Positions 53,298-63,480 of a DNA stretch of 64,000 bases are shown here, piece after piece. A model generated the notes under the pieces. It had not been told where the DNA came from. It ran no database searches and saw nothing but the letters and a program-made list of their open reading frames with translations. Position 1 is the first letter of the stretch. The number at the start of each line of letters is the position of its first letter. This stretch comes from Chamaesiphon sp. (GTDB lineage: Bacteria > Cyanobacteriota > Cyanobacteriia > Cyanobacteriales > Chamaesiphonaceae): contig CBDFFH010000002.1 of assembly GCA_965246715.1 (NCBI GenBank), positions 96,001 to 160,000 on the forward strand, read 5' to 3'. Made by a program: the position numbers and the translations under genes.

Positions 53298-53984
53298 TTA
53301 TTTAACTACCGACTTAATCTCGATCGATTTACCTCTTTCCCCAATCCCGATCCAGCCACCATCACCACTAGCGATCGCACAGTATCTAGTCGGACAAATC
53401 ACCACGATCGACCCATCTGCTTTAGAAAAAGTATATTCGTTTAAGCTATTACTACTTAATTCTTTGATGATTTTTTTGGTATCTTCTTCAGTCGGCGTAA
53501 AACTTGGTTCGTTTCCAGATTGAGAGAAACTACTTACATTCGTAACGGGAACCTCAGCTCGGGTGATTTGAGAATAGGTTGTTTGACACTGACGACTACT
53601 CAGATCGTCGCGATCGATAACAGGCATCGTATTAATAATCGCTCGCCGATAAGCTCTTCTACGAGGTTGGCAATCGATCGAATTATTTCTTGCATTATAC
53701 CATTCAAGTTGGGCGGCTTCTCTTTTTCTGGATACTTCCTCTTGGTATTTCGCCCGAGTTTGAGCGATTAACTTAGTTTTTTCACTCTCGATATTCGTAA
53801 ATATTTCTTGACAACTAGCTGGGCTTTCTCCACATGCTTTATATCTAATTTCCGTGGTAGGAACGAGCTTGAGTGTAGATGTCGAATTGACTCGAATCAT
53901 CTGGTCTTGGGCGCAGCTATTAGCGCCGATCGAGATTGCCACGATCGAGATCGCGCCATATATATGCTTGCTAGGAAATTCCAC
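53298..53984 (-). CDS. Hypothetical exported protein/lipoprotein
   Basis: Signal-like N-terminus ending ANSC; paired cysteines. Confidence 0.6.
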   Translation of the reverse strand: MEFPSKHIYGAISIVAISIGANSCAQDQMIRVNSTSTLKLVPTTEIRYKACGESPASCQEIFTNIESEKTKLIAQTRAKYQEEVSRKREAAQLEWYNARNNSIDCQPRRRAYRRAIINTMPVIDRDDLSSRQCQTTYSQITRAEVPVTNVSSFSQSGNEPSFTPTEEDTKKIIKELSSNSLNEYTFSKADGSIVVICPTRYCAIASGDGGWIGIGERGKSIEIKSVVK

Positions 53985-54134
53985 AACCTACACCATCATT
54001 GATTGACGATCGTATATCCAGCGATCGTTAGTGCAGATCCGGATGAAAATTAATCTGTAATTATATATCCCGACAGTTTCATTTAATCCGCCGATAATTA
54101 CAACTACCAACGGTTGCTGTCCTGGAGATCGACC

Positions 54135-54410
54135 CTATAACATCGATCCAGCAACACCCGATCGATTAGTTTCGATATTAGCTACTACGGCATCAAAATC
54201 CGAATCATCTTTAAAAATACCTGCAAAATTTAATATCGGATGCTCCTCTTCGATCGATCCCAGCCGCTGTTTTACCTCTTCTGTTGTCAGAGTTGGACTT
54301 TTACTCTGGCGAATCGCTAACAATTGCTCAATAACTGCTGGATTAACTTCTAGCCCAACATCTGGATCTATGTACCGATAGCACTTTTCGTCGATATATT
54401 CTTCTACTCT
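54135..54410 (-). pseudogene. Chimeric remnant of antitoxin-like small proteins
   Basis: DPDVGLEVNPAVIEQLL..TTEEVKQRLG joined to EHPILNFAGIFKDDSDFDAVV; no clean start. Confidence 0.4.
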
Positions 54411-54629
54411 ACTTTAGTCGCTATGTCTACTATATCTGAGATTCGATCGCACATCACCCCAAACCCGATCGATCCTAGCAACACCCGATCGATTAGGCTT
54501 TGCCTACGCTACGCGAACGCAAGCAAATAAATCGACATTAATATCACCATTGGATTGTGCCAGAGACAATCGGGTAATAGTAGAATAGGATATGCACTCG
54601 ACCGAAAGTGACAAGATTAAATTCATTCC

Positions 54630-54961
54630 ATGAAGTTACCAAACCCAAATTTAGCAGTCATTGACGCTCGCAAATTAGCTGGATATAGTCTAAATTTAGA
54701 CCATGATGAAGGCAAACATAAAGCACGGTGTTTAAGGCGGCTTTAAATATGGATGTATCTCATCTTGAAGAACTCAAGCAAGCTTTGCGATCGGCATTGG
54801 AGAGTCACGATGCGGTTCCTGCTGCGAGAAATGCTTATGGGCAAAAGTATGTTATTGATTTTCCATTAACTCGTGAGGAGAAGACTGCCATAATTCACAG
54901 TGTATGGATAGTTAAAGACAATGAAGATTTTCCTCGTTTAATTACTTGTTATATTCTCTAG
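54630..54961 (+). CDS. DUF6883-like small protein (one base missing at ~54727)
   Basis: MKLPNPNLAVIDARKLAGYSLNLDHDEGKHKAR|VFKAAL..YGQKY..SVWIV..FPRLITCY; span 332 nt is 3n+2. Confidence 0.7.
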
Positions 54962-54976
54962 GATGAGGTGGTTTTT

Positions 54977-55192
54977 ATGAAGTTATTAGATGTTGTGGCA
55001 CTATTGGAAGATTTACCAGAATTAAGTTTAGTTCGCGGTCAAGTTGGTACGATCGTGGAAGAATACGAACCGGATGTATTTGAAGTTGAGTTTAGCGACA
55101 CTAATGGTCGTGCTTATGCGATCGAGACATTAAATTCTGCTCAATTATTAGTTCTTCATCACCAAGGAAAAGAATTAATAATGGCTGGATAA
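54977..55192 (+). CDS. DUF4926 domain protein
   Basis: LLDVVALLEDLP..LVRGQVGTIVE..FEVEFSD.NGRAYA. Confidence 0.85.
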   Translation: MKLLDVVALLEDLPELSLVRGQVGTIVEEYEPDVFEVEFSDTNGRAYAIETLNSAQLLVLHHQGKELIMAG

Positions 55193-55471
55193 CGATCGAA
55201 TCTAAACAACGATCGAATCCTACCACCACCCGATCGAATCCAAACAACGATCGATCGCAACAACACCAGATCGATTAAGTTTTACCTACGCTACGATATC
55301 GAACCCAAAGAAATTAACATTAATATCACCCTTATATCAAACATCTGAACTATGATTAGAATGATTTCAGGATGGACTACGATCGTTTCTAGGGCTAAAT
55401 TATAGTCGATCGTTCATCACCTCAAACCTGCTAAATTAACAGATGAGACATACCTATCATCAAATCCAGCA

Positions 55472-55810
55472 GTGGCTAAACTACCAGACTCCATAATCAC
55501 CGATATTTTTACTCTACAACGCAGACTAATTGAGTGCATCGATGCTACCACGGCAATGGAGTTCCGATTATTCCAAGAAATCGGCGAAACGCCAGAAACA
55601 ATACCAGAACTAGATGAACTCCAGAAGATCGAAGAGCGGTTACTATCTTCACACTCCCGCTTGTATAACCTGCTGTTGAGAGTTGCCCAATCTCAGCCAA
55701 TCGCCTCCAAGGGTGTGCTAGATTTATTGTATGAGTCAATCGAGCTAGCTCAAGCCTGCTTAGATACCAGTATTGCTAGCCTACAAGACATTCAACGTAA
55801 TTGGAATTAG
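55472..55810 (+). CDS. Hypothetical helical protein
   Basis: 112 aa, coupled to the next ORF. Confidence 0.7.
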   Translation: MAKLPDSIITDIFTLQRRLIECIDATTAMEFRLFQEIGETPETIPELDELQKIEERLLSSHSRLYNLLLRVAQSQPIASKGVLDLLYESIELAQACLDTSIASLQDIQRNWN

Positions 55811-55812
55811 TC

Positions 55813-56016
55813 ATGAACACCCAATGTAGAATTCCCGACCCAGAAACTAGAGCCAAATCTGTTGCTAATTTGAGAGAGGCTTGTCGTCAGTTAGACTTGT
55901 TAAATCTGAAGCTTGATGAAGCGATCGCACTAGCAGACGCAGATTTACTCAAACAACGTCAGGCAAGATTATTATATAAATCTAATTATCTACCAACAGA
56001 ACAGATCGAAAGCTAA
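55813..56016 (+). CDS. Hypothetical small protein
   Basis: MNTQCRIPDPETRAKS..; its TAA stop is the IS target duplication. Confidence 0.6.
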   Translation: MNTQCRIPDPETRAKSVANLREACRQLDLLNLKLDEAIALADADLLKQRQARLLYKSNYLPTEQIES

Positions 56017-57010
56017 GGGACTAGCTTAAAAATAGAGTACCAGCTATTCTGAGAGAGTCAGAAATAGAAGCAGCAGCAAAATGAGATTGAGTGAAGAAAT
56101 CAAATCGACATTTAAAGATGCAGCCAAAAAGCTAACTGGGAGCAAAAAAAGAGAATTCACAGCCAAAGTAACAGAAGACTATCTGGGTAGTTCAGCACGT
56201 CGAGCAGAAAGCGTGTTTGGGTGGAAACGTCAGAGTGTGGAACTAGGATTGCAAGAACGGCGAACAGGAATTGTCTGTGTCGAGAACTATCAAGCCAGAG
56301 GAAGACAAAAAAGTGAAGAGTTGAAACCGAAGCTAGCGATAGATATACTGTCACTGATAGAAGGGAAATCCCAAGCAGACCCAAAACTTCAATCAACCTT
56401 CGCCTATACCAGGATTAGTGCTAGAGCGGTGCGAGAGGCGTTGCTTTGTGAAAAAGGATACGAAGAAGAAGTAGAACTACCAAATCGACAGACGATTGGT
56501 GAGATTCTAAATCGGCTGGGATATCGCCTAAAAAAACCCAAAAAACTAAGCCATTGAAGAAGATTGCCGAAACAGACGCAATTTTTGAGAATGTGTGGGC
56601 GGAAAATCGAGCAGCAGACGAAAATATCCAATCATTGTAATCGGACTCAATTTATCAAACGAATGGTGGAATTCTCTCAAGTCAATAACTTACAAATTCG
56701 ACTGATTTACTATCCTCCTGATCACAGCAAATACAATCCAATTGAGCGATGTTGGGCTGTACTGGAACACTATTGGAATGGCACTGTCTTGGACTCGGTA
56801 TCCACTGCTCTCAAGTGGGCGGCAAATATGACTTGGAAAGGTATTTCACCCATTGTCCATTTAGTCACAACCACTTATCCCAAGGGGGTTAAGGTTCTAC
56901 CCTTCGAGCTACAAAAATACCTGGACTTCTGGCATCGCTCAGAAACTCTACCTCAATGGGATATCACTATTACTTCTGGCTGATTGGTACTTTATTTTTA
57001 AGCTTGTCCC
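56017..57010 (+). mobile_element. ISAzo13-type insertion sequence, internally deleted
   Basis: 26-bp TIRs GGGACTAGCTTAAAAATAGAGTACCA / TGGTACTTTATTTTTAAGCTTGTCCC, TAA duplication, transposase pieces SQADPKLQS and YYPPDHSKYNPIERCW. Confidence 0.9.
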
Positions 57011-57299
57011 TAATTGTAGAATACTCATCAGAGTCGATCGAACCCAAACATCGATCGAATCCCACCACCCCCAAATCGATATTAATAGATCGATCGCGTA
57101 TCATATCAGATGATTGGCTCCGCACCAACACCGCCCTGAACTGTAAGTTCGGGCTAATAGCAAAAGTCCTCTGAAGAGGACTGCATAGAATTCAATTAGT
57201 TCGTTTCAACGAACTTTTGTTATTAGCCCCAAATTCATTTGAGGGCGGTGTTAGTGCGAAGCTAAGAATCTTTAACTGGAGATCGATCCCACCAACACC

Positions 57300-57593
57300 C
57301 GATCGAATCCATAAAGAGATCGAATCAAAACAGATCGATTCCGCAAAGCAGAGGCTACGCCAACGCACCAACACCCATCGCCTAACATACTCAAAGCCTA
57401 ATCACCCTTATCTAGATCGATCTGTCCCGAACTATGATGAGAATGATTTCTGGATAGACTATGATTATTTCTAGGGATAAATCATAGTCCATCTCTTAAT
57501 CAGATAAATCAAAGTTCCAGACATTAATATCACCCTTGCATCATACCAAAATCGATTAGGCTTCGCCTACTCTATGCGATCGAGTGTCAATAT
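57300..57593. repeat. ~290-bp direct repeat, copy 1 (copy 2 at 58273-58567; partial at 55347-55411)
   Basis: Shared AAAGCCTAATCACCCTTATCTA..GAGAATGATTTCTGGATAGACTATGATTATTTCTAGGGATAAATCATAGTCCATCTCTTAATC..CGAGTGTCAATAT. Confidence 0.85.
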
Positions 57594-58013
57594 TAATTTG
57601 CCAGAGGGATCGTCCAATCTTCAATTGACAAACCTGATATTTGACCAAAATCAGATGAATTTCTTGTCAATAGTATTGACCGATTGACAATGGTTATTGC
57701 TGCAATCTTTAAATCCATCGTGCCTAACCTTGGATAAGCTTTTCTCAGGCGATTAAACTGTCTCACTGCACCTAAGTCAAATTCAATCACTGGGCATCAG
57801 TTGATTTTTAAGCTGTTTATAAGCTTCAACCTGCTTATCCTCGTTTTGCGCTTTGGCGATGTAACTCAACCATCCACGCATTTGTTCTTCATAGCTAATA
57901 ATGGTTGTTGAAATCTGAGCTGGATCGATCGCCATCATTCGCTGTAACAGCGGTTGGGCACTAGCTCCTTTACGCTCTAAAACGCTGAGATGATCTGTAT
58001 CTAGTATATACAT
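57593..58013 (-). pseudogene. vapC: PIN-domain (VapC-type) toxin, frameshifted near 57795
   Basis: MYILDTDHLS..SYEEQMRGW in one frame; PVIEFD..MDLKIAAI..LTRNSSDF..EDW in another. Confidence 0.8.
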
Positions 58014-58226
58014 CTATTCCGCTACTGTATCGACAGCAGTTGTTCGATCGGATTCTCGATACTCACGCCCCAATTTCATTGCTTCATCATAAGCAGAATT
58101 TTCAGCAAAGGTGCCAGCTATTTTTTCCCACCAAGGTAAATCGGCTGGATTTGAATCGATTTTACGTTTTAGTCGATCGACTTCAGCTTCTAATAATGTC
58201 AGCCGTTCTTCTAGTTGCTCTGGCAT
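58014..58226 (-). CDS. Putative antitoxin
   Basis: LEERLTLLEAEV..PWWEKIAGTF..YDEAMKLGREYR, directly abutting the PIN gene. Confidence 0.75.
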   Translation of the reverse strand: MPEQLEERLTLLEAEVDRLKRKIDSNPADLPWWEKIAGTFAENSAYDEAMKLGREYRESDRTTAVDTVAE

Positions 58227-58272
58227 GATTTATTAATCCTTTCTAGCTCTAGTACTATTATATCCAATATTC

Positions 58273-58567
58273 GATCGAATCCACATATAAAACGATCGAA
58301 TCAAAACCGATCGACTGGAGCAAAGCTGAGGCTACGCTAACGAAGCAACACCCATCGATCGACAGATCCAAAGCCTAATCACCCTTATCTAAATCAATCC
58401 GTCCCGAACTATAATGAGAATGATTTCTGGATAGACTATGATTATTTCTAGGGATAAATCATAGTCCATCTCTTAATCCGGTAAATCAAAGTTCCAGACA
58501 TTAATATCATCGCGCATCATACCAAAATTGATCGCGTAGCGTGCCATCGGCAATCGAGTGTCAATAT
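58273..58567. repeat. ~290-bp direct repeat, copy 2
   Basis: Aligns by eye with 57300-57593. Confidence 0.85.
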
Positions 58568-58661
58568 CGATCGAACAATTGGGCATAATAGATCGAACCG
58601 CAACCATCCCTATAAATATCCAATTTTACAGTTAAAATATGTTTATAGGAGGAAAAAATCA

Positions 58662-59546
58662 ATGTCTACATACGATGATTTGAAAGCTATTGCTTATATC
58701 GAACAAGCAATTCGGGAAGGTCGCGATCCCGCAGGTGGCCCATTTGTTTTTCCTGGCACACCCACGAGCGATATTCGTAAATTTATCGACCGAAATGGAC
58801 ACGAAAGTTACCGAGATGAGATTGCCAAGGCTAAAATCCGTATCAATCCCAGCAATGATCGCGATCTTGATGTTCGTAACTATCAAGATCGTCTCCGCAG
58901 ACGTGAGAGAGAATATGAAGATGAGCAGGAAAAAATTAAAAGAAATCAATATCAAAGTTCCCAATCTTTCCCAGCAACTTATAATTCAATCTCCAACCCC
59001 GCTCACACTGATGAACTTTGTAAGCAAATTATTCGAGATTTAGAAAAATCCCTGTCTAGTTATGATTCAAGTCATGGCTTTGAATTTATAGCTTCATCCT
59101 TAGAAGCTATAAATTCTGCCTTGAAAATCAGCAAGACTCCTACTTGGTTTGAAAGTGAGTTATTACTCTTAAAAACAAAATTTAATGATATAGCCAAAGA
59201 TGCAGCAAAAATCGATGAAGTTTGCAAGCAAGTTATTCAAGAACTAGAAAAAACCTTGTCTGGTAATTATTCAAGTGCTGACTGGGAAAAATTGAATACA
59301 GGTCTAAAAACTATAAGTGAGGCTTTGCAAATCAGTGGCAATCCTACTTGGTTTAGAAATAAGTTGCAGGAATTAGAAAGTAAGTTTCATCATAGAAAAT
59401 TTGCAAAGATTAGCATCGATATAAAGCACAAAAGTTCTGAGCCTCTCTCTGATAATGAAATCAAGCTTTTGACAAATGCGCCCGATGAATCCAAAAACCG
59501 CTGTACGATGAATCCCAATTATTTTAAGAAAAAGTTTTGGATGTAG
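58662..59546 (+). CDS. Hypothetical protein with internal tandem duplication
   Basis: AGGAGG RBS; two units DE.CKQ.I..LEK.LS..AL.IS..PTWF..L..L..KF. Confidence 0.75.
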   Translation: MSTYDDLKAIAYIEQAIREGRDPAGGPFVFPGTPTSDIRKFIDRNGHESYRDEIAKAKIRINPSNDRDLDVRNYQDRLRRREREYEDEQEKIKRNQYQSSQSFPATYNSISNPAHTDELCKQIIRDLEKSLSSYDSSHGFEFIASSLEAINSALKISKTPTWFESELLLLKTKFNDIAKDAAKIDEVCKQVIQELEKTLSGNYSSADWEKLNTGLKTISEALQISGNPTWFRNKLQELESKFHHRKFAKISIDIKHKSSEPLSDNEIKLLTNAPDESKNRCTMNPNYFKKKFWM

Positions 59547-59585
59547 CAACCTATGTAGTGAGCACTGTTCACTACATAGGTTGCA
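59547..59585. terminator. Hairpin between convergent genes
   Basis: CAACCTATGTAGTGA-GCACTGT-TCACTACATAGGTTG. Confidence 0.7.
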
Positions 59586-59625
59586 GTCGATTATTAAACT
59601 TGTTCCTGTCTCACTTCAACCAACA

Positions 59626-60996
59626 CTAAGCACTAAAATACTTAGCCGTTGGATGATAGACAATCAACGCAGTAGTAGACTGCTCAGGATATAGCTGCTC
59701 GCTCTCATCCATCGTCATCCCCATCCGCTCGGTACCCATGATTTTCAACTGCTGCAACTGATCCGCCACATTCGGACAAGCTGGATAGCCGAAACTATAC
59801 CGCGAACCCTGATAGCGTTGCGCTAACATATCCCGAATATTATCAGGCTCTAAATCGCCATAACCCAACTCCTTGCGGATGCGGGCATGTCCCCATTCGG
59901 CTAATCCTTCGGCCATTTGGACAGCCATCCCGTGGAAGTAGAGATAGTTCGCATAGTTATCGGCTTTGAATAACACTTGGGCTTGCTTGCTGGCGACTTC
60001 GCCCATCGTCACGGCTTGCATCGGGAATACGTCGAACTTATTCTCTGAGAGGGGGCGGAAGAAATCAGCCAGACAGAGGCGACGCAGGGATTTTTGGCGG
60101 GGGAATGTCCAGGTGACGACAGGGGTGGCGGTTTGGGGGGTTAAGCCTTGCTCGATGACGCTGGGATCGTAGACGTGGACGGAGTTACCTTCGGCGGTAC
60201 AGGGGAAGTAGCCATAGATGAGTTGGGGTTCTAGCCATTCTCCGGTGAGGATTTTGGCTTTCCATTCTTCGAGGATGGGGTGGACTTTATCGGCGAGGAA
60301 TGCGTCGTATTCTTCTCGGGATTGCTCTTTGGGTTTGCGGAATTGCCATTGTCCGGCGATGAGGGCTTGGAGATCCATGTGCCAGAATAGATCTTCGAGG
60401 GCGATCTCATCTTTGAGGATTTTGGTGCCCCAGAATGGTGGTGTAGGCCTGTCGATATCTAATGATACATCTGCCGATCGCACGGTATCAATTACCGCTG
60501 GTTCTTTGCTCTCTTCAGTCTGCTCTTTTGGCTCTTCAATTTCGACGGCGGCTTTAATCGGGTTGCCATCATCATCGAGGAAACCGTGGGTGTCGTCCCA
60601 CTTGTTGCTCTGTTTAGCAGGCATCAGGGCATCCATAAAGTTCAAATCGGCAAAAGCATCTTTACCGTAGATTACCTGTCCGTTATAAGCCTGCTGACAG
60701 TCTTTGTAGACAAATTTGGGGGTGAGCGCAGCACCGCCGAGGATGATTGGGATCGTGATGCCTTTTTCGTTGAAAACTTCGAGGTTTTCTTTCATGAAAG
60801 CGGTGGATTTGACCAGCAGTCCGCTCATGGCGATACAGTCGGGTTTGTGGGTTTCGTAAGCTTGAACGATCGCTTCTACGGATTGTTTAATCCCCATATT
60901 GACGACTTCATAACCATTGTTGGTGAGGATGATATCGACGAGGTTTTTACCAATATCATGCACGTCCCCTTTGACGGTAGCAATTACAAATTTACC
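59626..60996 (-). pseudogene. metH: 3' half of B12-dependent methionine synthase (cobalamin-binding and activation domains)
   Basis: [49 protein letters not shown]; in-frame TAG at 60997-60999 immediately upstream. Confidence 0.9.
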
Positions 60997-61009
60997 CTAT
61001 TATTTAATT

Positions 61010-62392
61010 CTAGCAGTCCATGAACTTATTCAGTATTATTTGAATACTAAAAAGTGTTCCTGTTGCTGATTCTTGTTTTTCGACAAAACCACGTCTACCT
61101 AAAGATTGCAAGGCATTAAATAAGTCTGGTGGAGATATTTGGGTGAACTCTATCAATTGAGAAATAGAAACTGTATGAGGTTGATTTGCGATCGATAGCA
61201 TGACTTGTTTCTCTAATGCTGAAAGTCGATCGAACTGAGAATTCAAGATCGATCGTAGATCGTCTGGTAGAAGCAACGTTTCATATTTAGCTAATTCACC
61301 AACTCTACCACCAAATAAATCTTTAACCATTGTGGCAACTATTTTTAGCCATAATGGATTCCCTTGATATTGGTTAATCAAATCCGTCCACTTTGATTCT
61401 TCGGTTAAACCTTTATCCTTGAGTATTTCTCTGGCGGATTCACCCAAGCTATTCAGTTGTAATGTCTGAACTAATTTACTTTTCCCTTCTAATAGATCGA
61501 TCTCTCTCGGCTTGTCCCAGCTTAAAAGTAAAACACAGCTTTGATGATTTGATTCTTTGATTCGTTTGAGTAACAAGCCATAATCTTCACAGCCTTCTGC
61601 ATAAGTACTTGCTAATTGTCCATTGCTGAAGACTCTATGAAAATCATCTAGGATAATTAGATAACGTTGCTTTTGTAAATGCTCGATCGAGCGTGATATT
61701 CTAGCGGCTACATCTAAATTTGGATCGATCTTTAGATCGGGAGAAAGAGACGGTAGCAGATCTTTATCCATGAATTCAACTATCGATCGCTGACAACCGA
61801 GGTTTAGCCAGACAACTCGATCGAACTCATCCCCAATCTCTTCTAATAATTGTCTAACTAGAGCAGTTTTACCAATCCCACTCATGCCGAAGATAGTGAC
61901 AATCCGACAATGTTCTGTTACTACCCATTGTTTTAGTTGGTTTAGTTCGCTATTACGTCCATAGAATGGAAAAAGATCGGGAATATTACCCACATCTTTT
62001 TTCACTTTGACTAAACCATTGTTTGATTTTATGTTGGTTGGATCTTCTGGTCGATTACCATTTTTGGACTCTGAACAGAAGTTGATATTACCAATCCGTA
62101 CAACATCTTTCACATGATGTGAAGAAACAATAGAAAATTGATACCGCTCGATCGCAGACTTGAGATTAGATTTACTTACCTTTTCACCGATCGTATCTGA
62201 AAGTGTCTTCCACAGGTTTGATGCCATATCTGTGACATGACCTTCACTACAATTAGACTCCTCGGCTATTTTTGAGTACTTCTTACCTTCATACACTCCT
62301 TGGACGATCGATTTCTGCAAGTCATCTAGATATTTGCTAGTCGATTCAAACACCAGATCGTCGGCAATTTTCAGGACTTCGGCAATATCCAT
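61010..62392 (-). CDS. STAND (NB-ARC-like) NTPase with N-terminal HTH and no sensor repeats
   Basis: FYGRNSEL, GMSGIGKT, LIILDD, GNPLWLK. Confidence 0.85.
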   Translation of the reverse strand: MDIAEVLKIADDLVFESTSKYLDDLQKSIVQGVYEGKKYSKIAEESNCSEGHVTDMASNLWKTLSDTIGEKVSKSNLKSAIERYQFSIVSSHHVKDVVRIGNINFCSESKNGNRPEDPTNIKSNNGLVKVKKDVGNIPDLFPFYGRNSELNQLKQWVVTEHCRIVTIFGMSGIGKTALVRQLLEEIGDEFDRVVWLNLGCQRSIVEFMDKDLLPSLSPDLKIDPNLDVAARISRSIEHLQKQRYLIILDDFHRVFSNGQLASTYAEGCEDYGLLLKRIKESNHQSCVLLLSWDKPREIDLLEGKSKLVQTLQLNSLGESAREILKDKGLTEESKWTDLINQYQGNPLWLKIVATMVKDLFGGRVGELAKYETLLLPDDLRSILNSQFDRLSALEKQVMLSIANQPHTVSISQLIEFTQISPPDLFNALQSLGRRGFVEKQESATGTLFSIQIILNKFMDC

Positions 62393-62629
62393 AGTGGAGC
62401 GTGTGGTAGGTTTTCTCTATTGTAGTCCTATTTTTTCCAGTTTTTTCTGGTCTGAGAATATTTTTTCCGAGGTTGGCAGATGATTTTAGTTGAAATTTAG
62501 ATTGTTTTTGTTTGTAACTACCTATTTTTTCCTAGTGAGAGTTAAGACAGGAATGGGAAATATAACAATAGCCGAGGAAAATATATTTCCAAAGCCATTT
62601 TAATGAATCTACTTACAGTGATTATTGTT

Positions 62630-62851
62630 ATGTCTCATCCAGTCAAATTATCAGATATTGAAGATGTAAGCCTCCAACATCTCAGTTCTAACAAATTAGA
62701 AGCTTTAAATAGTGGGAAGAGTCCTGATGGGCCTATTAAATTAAGACGCTCGACAGGAAAACCTTACTATATTCTCGACGGAAGACACAGAATTTATCTG
62801 GCTCGTCAGGCAGGAAAATCACTAATCGAGGCAAATTTTGATGATGATTAG
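62630..62851 (+). CDS. Small ParB/sulfiredoxin-like protein
   Basis: PIKL..YYILDGRHRIYLA; start 62603 or 62630. Confidence 0.6.
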   Translation: MSHPVKLSDIEDVSLQHLSSNKLEALNSGKSPDGPIKLRRSTGKPYYILDGRHRIYLARQAGKSLIEANFDDD

Positions 62852-62963
62852 ATGAGTGAGAAATTGACACCATCTAGATTCGATCTTGTCTCAGTCTAAC
62901 AAATACTTACGATGACCTACTTATCATTTATTTGTCAGATTTTGTAAATTAATTGAGGGAAAT

Positions 62964-63152
62964 ATGTCAACGGCAAAATACCAAGCAGATCCAAATGCAG
63001 ACAGTTATGTTTGTGGCTCTTGTAAAAGAGAGCAAGATCCCAGAGAAGGCGAGAAGTGCATTAAGTATGGCAAGCCTACTGTAACTTGGCTCAAGTCTCA
63101 AAACCAGAGTTGGGATAGGTGCTTAGAAAATTGGAGACACTGGTTTAGCTAA
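62964..63152 (+). CDS. Small Zn-ribbon-like protein
   Basis: GAGG RBS; CGSC..CIKYG. Confidence 0.55.
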   Translation: MSTAKYQADPNADSYVCGSCKREQDPREGEKCIKYGKPTVTWLKSQNQSWDRCLENWRHWFS

Positions 63153-63204
63153 AAGCAAGAACATTTAATTGGTAGTTCACAGCATATATAGTTAGGAGAA
63201 AATT

Positions 63205-63381
63205 GTGAATAAAATAGGTCAAGTAAAATCAACATACGGCACGGCTTATGATGTTTTTTGGAATTCATCAAGTGGTGAAATTCGAGTTGCCAGCGAACTA
63301 GCTGGATATGCCAATACACAGCGCGAAGCAATGACTAAGGCTGATTTTTACGCCACTACAGGACAAATAATGAAAGATTAG
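63205..63381 (+). CDS. Hypothetical 58-aa protein (below ORF-track cutoff)
   Basis: AGGAG RBS, GTG start, MNKIGQVKSTYGTAYDVFWNSSSGEIRV...IMKD. Confidence 0.6.
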   Translation: MNKIGQVKSTYGTAYDVFWNSSSGEIRVASELAGYANTQREAMTKADFYATTGQIMKD

Positions 63382-63480
63382 TCATCTCTAAAGACAATAT
63401 TTGTAGTTGCCTTGATAAATGATAGCTACAATTATTCCTTTAACTACTCATTGTAAAAATAAATATAGGAGATGCATTCA

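Noticed and set aside
55191..55280. Short CGATCGAATC-based tandem units (also ~57035, ~57285, ~58272) as a CRISPR array
   Set aside because: Units are short and degenerate, spacers are a few low-complexity bases, and no cas genes are present.
59626..60963. Naturally split, independently translated MetH subunit
   Set aside because: The only standard start lies inside the DxHxxG cobalamin motif, so a functional stand-alone protein is unlikely.
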